From assembly GCA_945897435.1 (NCBI GenBank), contig CAMDFJ010000002.1, forward strand, positions 6,031 through 70,030: a stretch of DNA of 64,000 bases, in the 5' to 3' direction. How positions within the stretch are numbered: position 1 is the stretch's first letter; the number at the start of each line of letters is the position of its first letter. Source of the stretch: Candidatus Kuenenia stuttgartensis (lineage in GTDB: Bacteria > Planctomycetota > Planctomycetia > Pirellulales > UBA1268). The notes beneath the pieces are model-generated. The model did no database searches and was not told the origin of the DNA. It worked only from the letters and a program-made list of their open reading frames with translations. The position numbers and the translations under genes were made by a program. Below, piece after piece: positions 1-7,299 of the stretch.

Positions 1-294
1 CTTGGGGTCGTAGAACTCCCGGTGCCGCAGTGCCCAGTCGGCCGCCTTGTGGAAAATCTCCACGTCGGGAATCAAGGCAGCGTATCGCGGCTTGGTCTTC
101 AGCTTCCTGCGCAGGATGGCGATCTGCCCGTCCAACTGACGGATGCCTTCGGCGAGGAGTCTGGCATCCTGTTCCGGAACCTCGATTCCCGGTGGTGGGA
201 TCGGCCGCACTGCCTGCTGACCGAGGCTCGTGGCCTGGGCGTTTGCAACGGCCACCACGAAGAGAAGCCAGTGGAGCACGTGCCTCAGGGACAT
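1..294 (-). CDS. hypothetical secreted protein, N-terminal part only (gene runs off the left edge)
   Basis: Absent from the ORF track because it is edge-truncated. Hand translation of the minus strand from ATG at 294..292 gives 98 stop-free codons, MSLRHVLHWLLFVVAVANAQATSLGQQAVRPIPPPGIEVPEQDARLL... The N-terminus is signal-peptide-like, third codon positions are GC-rich, and GGGAGA lies ~7 nt upstream. Divergent from the 439..3504 gene. Confidence 0.55.
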   Translation of the reverse strand, partial: MSLRHVLHWLLFVVAVANAQATSLGQQAVRPIPPPGIEVPEQDARLLAEGIRQLDGQIAILRRKLKTKPRYAALIPDVEIFHKAADWALRHREFYDPK

Positions 295-438
295 GTCGGT
301 GTCTCCCGGAACTTTCAGTTCCCGATACCAGAACAAGGCTGCGGGATCGACTCGCAGCGAGTGGCTTCAACTCTTCGGCGGTATACACTGGCAGGGGTTT
401 TTTCTTCAAATTCGATCCGGGAACGGGGGAGTGCTGTC

Positions 439-3400
439 ATGAGGTTCGTCGTCCTGATCGCCTTGGCGGGGCTGCCGGTGTTCGCCCAGGCAGTGACGGC
501 CGCTGCCGCGACGGCCGACTCGCAGGAACCGCAGCCAACACTGAAGCTCGCCGGGGGTCTGGAGGCCTCGCTTTTCGCCGCCGAACCGCTGCTCTCGAGT
601 CCTTCCGACATCGACGTCGATGCGAAGGGCAGGATCTGGGTCTGCGAGGTGCTCAACTACCGCGCCAAGAAAGACACACGGGCCGAGGGAGATCGGATCC
701 TCGTCCTCGAGGACAGCGACGGTGACGGGAAGGCCGACCGGCAGACCGTGTTTCATCAGGGCCGTGACATCGACACCGCCCTTGGCATCTGCGTGATCGG
801 CGAGGGACCTGGCCGCAAGGTGATCGTGTCATGCTCGCCCGACGTCTTCGTCTTTCACGACGACGATGGAGACCTCAAGGCCGATCGCCGGGAATCGCTC
901 TTCAGCAAGACGGGCGATCCGCAGCATGATCACTCCGTGCACGCCTTCGTCGTCGGCCCGGATGGCCGCTGGTACTTCAACTTCGGCAACACCGGCCGGG
1001 CGGTGCATGACAAGGACGGCCAGCCCGTCAGAGACCGGTTCGGCAACGAGGTGATCGATTCAGGAAAACCATGGCGTCAGGGAATGGTGTTCCGCTGCAA
1101 GCCCGATGGCGGCGATTTCGAGGTGCTCGGCCACAACTTCCGCAACAACTACGAACTGGCCGTCGATGCCTTCGGCGATCTCTGGCAGAGCGACAACGAC
1201 GACGACGGTCACCGCAGCACGCGGATCAACTTCGTCATGGAATATGGCAACTTCGGCTACAAGGACGAGATCAGCGGGGCGGGCTGGCAGACCTATCGCA
1301 CAAACCTTGAGCCGGAATCGCCCCAACGGCACTGGCACCTCAACGATCCCGGCGTCGTGCCGAACCTTCTGCAGACGGGGGCTGGCTCGCCGGCCGGGAT
1401 CTGCGTCTACGAGGGAGGGCTCCTTCCGGAACGGTATCGGGGCTCGCTCCTCCACTGCGATGCCGGACAGAACCTCGTGCGGGCCTACCACCTGCGATCC
1501 GCCGGGGCCGGCTACGCCGCAGAGAGCGAAAACCTCCTCGACGGCTCGGCCGACAAGTGGTTTCGCCCCAGCGACGTCTGCGTCGCGCCCGATGGTTCCA
1601 TCATCGTCGCCGACTGGCACGACCCCGGCGTGGGCGGCCACGGCATGGGCGACACCGAGAAGGGGCGGATCTACCGGGTCGCTCCCCGAGGATCGAAGTG
1701 GTCGGTACCGGCGGCCGACCTGGGGAGCCTCGAGGGGGCCGTCCTGGCGCTCGCCAGCCCGAACCACTGCACGCGGGCGACCGCGCTCGAGCGGCTGGCG
1801 AAGGAGCCGGGGGCTGCCGCGGCGGTGCTCGACAGGGCACTCGCGAAGCCCAGCGACGACCGCCACGCCGCCCGGATGATCTGGGCCCTCGGCATGCTTC
1901 CCGGCCGCGGGCCGGCGACGATCCAGAAGCTCGTCGCCGCGAACGATCCCCGCCTGCGGATCATCGGCCTGCGGATCTGCCGGCTCACGAAGGGGGACGT
2001 GCTGGAGGTCGTCGAGAAGCTGGTGGAAGATCCGGTCGTGGCCGTCCGCCGCGAGGCTGCACTCGCGCTCCGCGGCATCGCGGGAGAGCGGGCCGATCGC
2101 GGCTGGGCCGCACTCGCCGCCAGGCACGAGATCGGCGACCGCTGGGAACTGGAGGCGGTCGGCATCGGCGCCGACAGTCCGACTGGAATCGGCGGCCCGA
2201 GCCTCTGGGATGACCGGCTTGCCGCCTGGCTTACGAAGGTGGGGGACGGATGGAAGTCGCCAGCGGGCCGGGAGGTCGTCTGGCGGAGTCGGGCCGTCGC
2301 CACGGCCGGCATGCTCTGCGAGCTCATCGGCGACCCTTCGATCAGCACGGCCGAGTCGCTCGCCCTGGTGCGGGCGCTCGACTTTCAGGATCAGGCCCGG
2401 GCCGCCGCCGAAATCGCCGGGCTCGTGGAAACCTTCTCCGCTCCCGAAGAAAAGCTCCGGGTGATCCTGCCAGAACTCGTGCAGCGGCTCGCACCTTCCG
2501 CGGCACGGCAGCCGGCGATCGCCGGACGCATCTCGGAGGCAGCCGACTTCGCAGCCGGAACCCAGGTCTTCGTAAACCTGGTGCGGCGGTTCGACCTCCG
2601 GGATCGCGTGCCCGATCTGGTGGCACTCGCCGGAGCGGGCGACGGCGATCCGTCGGTCGCGTCCGCAGCCGCCGCGGCCGCCCTCGATCTCGGCGGGATC
2701 GCGGCGTTTGAGCCTGCGCTTTCCGACAGCGGTGACGAGGCATCTCGTCTGGCAGCTGACCGGCTCCGCAACGCCCTCGGCATCGTGGGCAGCAAGGCGG
2801 TGGTCACCTTGCTCGAGGGGACGCTTGCCGATCCCGCCGCGTCGGATGCGACCCGCGGCTCCGCAGTGCGGGCCCTCGCCCGGTCGCGGCAGGGCACCGC
2901 GCGGCTCCTGACACTGGCGAAATCGGGCAAGCTCGTGGGGGCTTCCGCCCAGGCGGCGGGCGTGGCCATCTCGGCCTCACCCTGGGGCGATCTGCGAAAT
3001 GAGGCGGCGGGTGTGCTCCCGTTGCCGAAGGTTCGCGATGGCGGGCAGTTGCCCTCGGTCGCCGAACTGATGCGGCAGGAAGGCGACGCTTCACGCGGCC
3101 GGACGCTCTTCGCCGGGGCCGCCACCTGCGCCAAGTGCCACGTCGTCAACGGCACGGGCAAGGGCGTCGGTCCAGACCTCTCCGGGGTGGGAACCAAACT
3201 CTCACGGCAGGCCCTCTATGAGTCGATCCTCGCGCCCTCTGCGGCCATCAGCCACAATTACGAAACCTACACGGCGCTGCTCGACGACGGCCGCAGCCTG
3301 ACGGGGCTGCTCATTTCGCAGTCACCGGAGGAGGTGATCATCAGGGGCCCCGACGCGATCGATCTGACGACTCCCACGGCCACCATCGAGGAACTCGTCA

Positions 3401-3504
3401 GGCAGCCGGTGTCGCTCATGCCGGCCGATCTCGCAGCCACGCTGACGGCACAGGAACTCACCGATCTGGTCGCCTGGCTTGAAACGCTCCGGGGCACGAA
3501 CTGA
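439..3504 (+). CDS. PVC-type heme-binding CxxCH protein (membrane-bound dehydrogenase-like domain + HEAT-like repeats + C-terminal cytochrome c domain)
   Basis: Track ORF 22..3504 trimmed to the in-frame ATG at 439, where a signal peptide begins (MRFVVLIALAGLPVFAQA). N-terminal region LKLAGGLEASLFAAEPLLSSPSDIDVDAKGRIWVCEV is typical of this family. An alanine/leucine-rich repeat middle follows, then C-terminal CAKCH heme c motif followed by GPDLSGVG. Confidence 0.85.
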   Translation: MRFVVLIALAGLPVFAQAVTAAAATADSQEPQPTLKLAGGLEASLFAAEPLLSSPSDIDVDAKGRIWVCEVLNYRAKKDTRAEGDRILVLEDSDGDGKADRQTVFHQGRDIDTALGICVIGEGPGRKVIVSCSPDVFVFHDDDGDLKADRRESLFSKTGDPQHDHSVHAFVVGPDGRWYFNFGNTGRAVHDKDGQPVRDRFGNEVIDSGKPWRQGMVFRCKPDGGDFEVLGHNFRNNYELAVDAFGDLWQSDNDDDGHRSTRINFVMEYGNFGYKDEISGAGWQTYRTNLEPESPQRHWHLNDPGVVPNLLQTGAGSPAGICVYEGGLLPERYRGSLLHCDAGQNLVRAYHLRSAGAGYAAESENLLDGSADKWFRPSDVCVAPDGSIIVADWHDPGVGGHGMGDTEKGRIYRVAPRGSKWSVPAADLGSLEGAVLALASPNHCTRATALERLAKEPGAAAAVLDRALAKPSDDRHAARMIWALGMLPGRGPATIQKLVAANDPRLRIIGLRICRLTKGDVLEVVEKLVEDPVVAVRREAALALRGIAGERADRGWAALAARHEIGDRWELEAVGIGADSPTGIGGPSLWDDRLAAWLTKVGDGWKSPAGREVVWRSRAVATAGMLCELIGDPSISTAESLALVRALDFQDQARAAAEIAGLVETFSAPEEKLRVILPELVQRLAPSAARQPAIAGRISEAADFAAGTQVFVNLVRRFDLRDRVPDLVALAGAGDGDPSVASAAAAAALDLGGIAAFEPALSDSGDEASRLAADRLRNALGIVGSKAVVTLLEGTLADPAASDATRGSAVRALARSRQGTARLLTLAKSGKLVGASAQAAGVAISASPWGDLRNEAAGVLPLPKVRDGGQLPSVAELMRQEGDASRGRTLFAGAATCAKCHVVNGTGKGVGPDLSGVGTKLSRQALYESILAPSAAISHNYETYTALLDDGRSLTGLLISQSPEEVIIRGPDAIDLTTPTATIEELVRQPVSLMPADLAATLTAQELTDLVAWLETLRGTN

Positions 3505-3589
3505 ACCGGACTGAAAAGCGTCGCCGGGCAGGGCGGTAAAATTCTGGCAGGCTCTGGAAACCAGAACTTTCCAAAGTCTTTTCGACCAG

Positions 3590-3663
3590 TGGGCAGCACA
3601 GGATTCGAACCTGTGACCTCTACGGTGTGAACGTAGCGCTCTAACCAACTGAGCTAGCTGCCC
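3590..3663 (-). tRNA. tRNA-Val (anticodon CAC)
   Basis: The minus-strand sequence GGGCAGC-TA-GCTC-AGTTGGTTA-GAGC-G-CTACG-TTCACAC-CGTAG-AGGTC-ACAGG-TTCGAAT-CCTGT-GCTGCCC-A folds as a full cloverleaf by hand. No encoded CCA. Confidence 0.95.
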
Positions 3664-3726
3664 GGCGTGGGGTCCGACCACCGGTCTCGAATCGTAGCAT
3701 CGACCGCGCCGGACGTCATCCTGGCG

Positions 3727-4050
3727 TTATGCCAGCCGGTCTTCGCCCGCGTCGGCAGGCTGTTCGTCTGCGCCGGCCGCCCCGTCGGCGGTCCGATCGG
3801 AAGGGGGATCGAACCGCGGCGAGGCCATCTGCGGAAGGCCGCCGTCGTCTCCGCGACGGGAAACACGCTTCGAGGGGGCTGTGTCGAGATGGGAGGAAAG
3901 ATCCATCTCCCGCGAGAGGCTGGTCATCTGCCGGCGGAGTTCGCCGATGCTCTGTCCGACACTCCTGCCCACCTCGGGCAGCCGCTTGCCATAGAGCATC
4001 ACGGCGATCGCGCCGACGACGACGATTTCAACCGGCCCGAGTCCGAACAT
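3727..4050 (-). CDS. tatA: twin-arginine translocase TatA/TatE-family protein (long C-terminal tail)
   Basis: Track ORF 3727..4146 trimmed to ATG at 4050. MFGLGPVEIVVVGAIAVMLYGKRLPEVGRSVGQSIGELRRQ is the TatA TM helix, hinge and amphipathic helix. AGGAA lies 7 nt upstream of the ATG. Confidence 0.85.
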   Translation of the reverse strand: MFGLGPVEIVVVGAIAVMLYGKRLPEVGRSVGQSIGELRRQMTSLSREMDLSSHLDTAPSKRVSRRGDDGGLPQMASPRFDPPSDRTADGAAGADEQPADAGEDRLA

Positions 4051-4051
4051 C

Positions 4052-4107
4052 AGTATTCCTGGAGAATCCCTGGAAAATCCCTGGCAAATGCTTTGAGAAT
4101 CCCTGAA
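4052..4107 (-). promoter_or_regulatory. tatA leader with phased 11-nt CCAGGGATTYT repeats ending in the Shine-Dalgarno
   Basis: Minus strand reads TTCAGGGATTCTC-AAAGCATTTG-CCAGGGATTTT-CCAGGGATTCT-CCAGGAATACT-G-ATG. Three contiguous 11-nt units, the last carrying the SD, plus one more copy 22 nt upstream. Confidence 0.5.
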
Positions 4108-4152
4108 CGCGAAAAGGCCAGCAGAACCCGTTGCCGCCGTTGGCATGACGGA

Positions 4153-4338
4153 TCAGCGATGGCCGTCGCCTCGGCCGGCGGCATTCTCGTCTTCGATCCC
4201 CTGCACGCCGCGCTTGAACTCGACGATGCCCTCTCCCAGTGAACGCATCACCTTGGGAAGCCGCGAGCCGAAGAGCAGGAGGATCACGCCCGCCACGATG
4301 ATCAGTTCGACCGTACCGAGTCCCATGAAAGCAAACAT
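4153..4338 (-). CDS. tatA: twin-arginine translocase TatA-family protein (short paralogue)
   Basis: Track ORF 4153..4569 trimmed to ATG at 4338 (alternative ATG at 4326). MFAFMGLGTVELIIVAGVILLLFGSRLPKVMRSLGEGIVEFKRG is a canonical TatA core with an FG hinge. Confidence 0.85.
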   Translation of the reverse strand: MFAFMGLGTVELIIVAGVILLLFGSRLPKVMRSLGEGIVEFKRGVQGIEDENAAGRGDGHR

Positions 4339-4527
4339 CTGATGCACCTGAAGGCGTGGCGAGATCTCCACTTGCAGTCTAATCCGAGAGCCGAAGGAAG
4401 CAAATAAAGCCACCTTCGAGGGGCCGGTCTGCCAACTCAGACCGAGGCCGTTTTCGAAGTCGCCGGTGGCTACAGACACCACCGCGCCGGACTGCCACTT
4501 CCTGAGCCGAGACACTCTGGGGGAAAG

Positions 4528-4805
4528 GCCCGCAGACAGGCTGAAGCCTGTCCCACATCGGAAAGACACCAGGCCCGGAGGGCCGGGTCACCACCAGCCG
4601 GCGGAGCCGGCCAAGCAAACAACGGCAGGAGGCCGTGTGTGTGCGTGAAGTAGCCCGCAGACAGGCTGAAGCCTGTCCCACATCGGTCAGACGCCAAAGT
4701 CACACCAAGCCAACCACCCCGCGCCAGGCCCGGAGGGCCGGGTCCACTCCAGCGACCGGAGGTCGCCAAGGAAAATTCGGCAGGAGGCCGAGATTTTCCG
4801 TGAAC
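4528..4805. repeat. two tandem copies of a composite four-hairpin element (H4-H3-H2-H1 in plus-strand order)
   Basis: Plus-strand modules, copy a / copy b. H4 GCCCGCAGACAGGCTGAAGCCTGTCCCACATCGG at 4528-4561 / 4653-4686. H3 CAGGCCCGGAGGGCCGGGTC at 4570-4589 / 4725-4744. H2 CCAGCCGGCGGAGCCGGCCAAG at 4594-4615 versus CCAGCGACCGGAGGTCGCCAAG at 4749-4770. H1 ACGGCAGGAGGCCGT at 4622-4636 versus GGAAAATTCGGCAGGAGGCCGAGATTTTCC at 4770-4799. The element ends 1 nt before the stop codon at 4806-4808. Confidence 0.8.
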
Positions 4806-5384
4806 CTAGTAGTTGGCGTCGCAGCCCCCGTCGACATCGCCCACCATGTGCAGGTGGTCGTGGTCGATGTAGAGCACTTCCTGGCAGTCCTCGTCGACGA
4901 GCGTGTGGGGCACCGGCCAGCCGATCCGCTTCACTTCCTGGAAGTAGACCGTGCACTTGTAGTGGGCGTGGTGCAGCTGGGCCGGGCCGACCAGCGGGTA
5001 GTGCCGGGGCGGATCGAGGTAGTCGGAGATCTTGCACTTCGTGATCCGGACGTTGTTTCGCTGGATCTCGTAGAGGCAGGGCCAGTTGCCCTGCACGGGG
5101 CGGGCCTTCTCGAGCGCCCGCATCACCTCGTCGTCGCTCGGCTCGTCGAGGGCCTGGCAGGGGCCTCCCGGCGGGATCGGTCCGAGGATCGGCGACCGCT
5201 CATACCGCTCGTAGTTCCAGAACTGGTCTTCCTTGCTCTTCTGCAGGCCGACGGGAACCGGGATCGGGAAGGCGAGCGGACCGATGTTCGGGCCCTGCGA
5301 CGTGATCCAGAAGCAGCCGCTCTGCGAGACGCTGCCGGCGGCAACCAACAGGGCCATCGCGAACAATCTGGCTCGAACCTTCAT
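4806..5384 (-). CDS. hypothetical cysteine-rich lipoprotein
   Basis: Track ORF 4806..5564 trimmed to ATG at 5384, preceded by GAGGAG. MKVRARLFAMALLVAAGSVSQSGC looks like a lipoprotein signal with a lipobox-like SGC. GC-rich third positions. I recognise no domain. Confidence 0.7.
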   Translation of the reverse strand: MKVRARLFAMALLVAAGSVSQSGCFWITSQGPNIGPLAFPIPVPVGLQKSKEDQFWNYERYERSPILGPIPPGGPCQALDEPSDDEVMRALEKARPVQGNWPCLYEIQRNNVRITKCKISDYLDPPRHYPLVGPAQLHHAHYKCTVYFQEVKRIGWPVPHTLVDEDCQEVLYIDHDHLHMVGDVDGGCDANY

Positions 5385-5562
5385 GGCGATCTCCTCGGTC
5401 GGCCCGCTGGAAAGTGCTGGTGGATCTGACTGGGTTGGGCCTGCCGGTTGTATCGACCATGCCGCGGGGGAACTTGCGGATTTCTCCGACTGGGGCAGGG
5501 CAGCCGGGCACCGGGGCCGGCGCCCGATCCCGTCGGCCAGGGAGTCGGCACGAGGTGTCAAC

Positions 5563-5597
5563 AAAAAAACCCGCCCCCCCGAAACCGGGAGGGCGGG
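5563..5597 (-). terminator. intrinsic (Rho-independent) terminator downstream of the BON-domain gene
   Basis: Minus strand reads CCCGCCCUCCC-GGUUUC-GGGGGGGCGGG followed by UUUUUUU. This is an 11-bp GC stem with one G.U pair, a 6-nt loop and a 7-U tail, ~30 nt after the stop at 5631. Confidence 0.85.
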
Positions 5598-5630
5598 CCA
5601 TCTGTCTGCTTTTCGCCGCCGTCCAGCCGA

Positions 5631-6704
5631 CTAACGGTGGTGGCTGTGGACGTGACGCTCGTCGAAGTCGAGCCACCACCAGCCGTCGTCCCACTCGAGC
5701 GACACCCGCCGCCAGCCCAGTGGCACCTGCGGGTAGGGGTAGAACGGGCCGATGTACGGCCAGGCCGTGGGAGAATACTGGGTCGGATACTGCAGGGCAG
5801 CGTAGTTGGGATACGCCGCGTAGCTCGGCCAGGCGTAGTTGGGCATGTTGGGCCCGTCACCGCGGACGGGAACGGCCATTCCAGGGCCGCCCGGACCACC
5901 GGGACCGCCCATCGCGCCCATCGGCATCGGACCTCCCATACCGCCACCGGGCATGCCGCCTCCGGCCATGCCACCGGCCATGCCGGCCTGACCCGGAGGA
6001 CAGACTGCCTGGGACGACGGTCCCTCGATCATCCGCATGCTGCCCGGAACCATCTGCCCGTCGGCGACGCCGCCGCCATTCACGATCTGCTCGCCGACCA
6101 TCCCTTCGGAATAGCCACCGGCGACAGGCATGTCCATCTGACGCATCGCACTTGTTCGCATCGCCATCCGCTGGCCAGAGGCCGCTCGGGGGGCCGCCTG
6201 CATCGGCCTTGAAACCTGCGGATTGAGCGGCCTCGGGGACGGCCTCGCAGTGCGGGCGGTCGGGGCGACGGCCTGGGTGAGCTGGATCTCTTCCTCCTGC
6301 TCGGTAACGCCGGAATCGGTGTCTGCTTCGGCCTGATCGGCAGCCGCCGCCGGTGCCTCGGTAGGCAGGCCGACGAGGGACCGAACGGAATGCGGAAGCG
6401 CAAAGCGATCGCTGGACTGCGAGGGAGCCTTGATGCCGGTCGAGAGCCGATTCACGACCCGCTCCACGCCATCGACAGACTCGGCCGCAGCGACGGCAGC
6501 CTCGATCTGCTTGGGGTCGGATACGGTGCCCTCGAGCCAGACGGTGCCGGCCTTTGCCTTGACATTGACCCGGTAGCCCTTCATCGCACCGGAATCACGG
6601 AGTTTACCGGCGACTGTCGCCGCCAGGTCATCGGCTCGCAGGGCTGTCGTCATCAACGACGACAGCACGGCAGCCGCCAGGAACGCGGACCTCGAAATGG
6701 ACAT
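5631..6704 (-). CDS. BON domain-containing secreted protein with Met/Gly/Pro-rich low-complexity region
   Basis: Signal peptide MSISRSAFLAAAVLSSLMTTALRADD. BON-like segment KGYRVNVKAKAGTVWLEGTVSDPKQIEAAVAAAESVDGVERVVNRL. Then a GGMAGGGMPGGGMGGPMPMGAMGGPGGPGGPGM tract and an aromatic/His-rich C-terminus (WWWLDFDERHVHSHHR). Confidence 0.8.
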   Translation of the reverse strand: MSISRSAFLAAAVLSSLMTTALRADDLAATVAGKLRDSGAMKGYRVNVKAKAGTVWLEGTVSDPKQIEAAVAAAESVDGVERVVNRLSTGIKAPSQSSDRFALPHSVRSLVGLPTEAPAAAADQAEADTDSGVTEQEEEIQLTQAVAPTARTARPSPRPLNPQVSRPMQAAPRAASGQRMAMRTSAMRQMDMPVAGGYSEGMVGEQIVNGGGVADGQMVPGSMRMIEGPSSQAVCPPGQAGMAGGMAGGGMPGGGMGGPMPMGAMGGPGGPGGPGMAVPVRGDGPNMPNYAWPSYAAYPNYAALQYPTQYSPTAWPYIGPFYPYPQVPLGWRRVSLEWDDGWWWLDFDERHVHSHHR

Positions 6705-6863
6705 GAAAGACTCCTTTGGGCGGCATGGCAGATGGGGCCACTGCTGGAGTCTTTTTCGGCCGCCGGTCCTGTCGAAGGGGAGTTTTTTTCCGGTTTGCGC
6801 GAAAACGCCGCGCGTCCGGGTGGTCTGGGAGGGAAGGGAAGACAGGCCCGATCGAAAGGAGCG

Positions 6864-7133
6864 TCAGATCGAGCGGCCAGGGTCAAACACCGTGATCATG
6901 GTCATCAGCGTGAGCGTCACGGCACAGACCGCCGCCGACGCCGGTCCAAACTGGAGCGCAAACCCACAGAGCCCTCCGACGGTGGCCAGTGCCAGAACGA
7001 GCAGCCACTGACAGATCCGTTCGTGCCGCGTCCCCTCGCTGAGCCGCGTCATCCCGGCGGCCACAAGGCCGAGGATCTGGACGACGCCCATGGCACAGAG
7101 CAGGGGACTGACGGCAACGGCGAACAGGATCAT
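6864..7133 (-). CDS. small hypothetical membrane protein
   Basis: 89-aa ORF with two or three hydrophobic helices (MILFAVAVSPLLCAMGVVQILGLVAAG..., WLLVLALATVGGLCGFAL...). GC-rich third positions. No recognisable homology. Confidence 0.5.
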   Translation of the reverse strand: MILFAVAVSPLLCAMGVVQILGLVAAGMTRLSEGTRHERICQWLLVLALATVGGLCGFALQFGPASAAVCAVTLTLMTMITVFDPGRSI

Positions 7134-7299
7134 GGTGCTTTCCCGGGAGATGACTGAGGGCCGCAGGCACGGCAGTCTGGATCAGGGGGCACTGCCGCCC
7201 GGCCGGAAACGGTAGCGAACCATGCCGAGCGGGTGAATGCCGGCTCTGACGGCGAAATCAGGCTCCGCCGTCTCGAGCCGGGGCGTCACCGATCAGGAT

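Noticed and set aside
22-438. N-terminal 139 codons of track ORF 22..3504. Similar upstream extensions occur on the ORFs for tatA, rpsU, rpsO, pnp, hisH, the OmpA-like gene, cysE, the transglutaminase gene, Anbu and dnaE2.
   Set aside because: In each case a canonical N-terminus (a signal peptide or a conserved family start) begins at an internal ATG. The extension is Arg/Pro-rich, overlaps a neighbouring gene or tRNA, or overlaps the divergent gene at 1..294.
4339-4527. A possible additional small gene or sRNA between the composite repeat and the short tatA gene.
   Set aside because: Only short hairpins (CGAAGG-N15-CCUUCG, GGUCUG-N6-CAGACC) and an AT-rich patch are visible. There is no ORF with coding character. 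It is most simply the tatA promoter or leader.
5556-5561. TTGACA -35 hexamer on the minus strand just after the BON-gene terminator, as a possible promoter for the 4806..5384 gene.
   Set aside because: No acceptable -10 hexamer lies 16-19 nt downstream, and promoter consensus in this lineage is uncertain. It is not reported as a feature.
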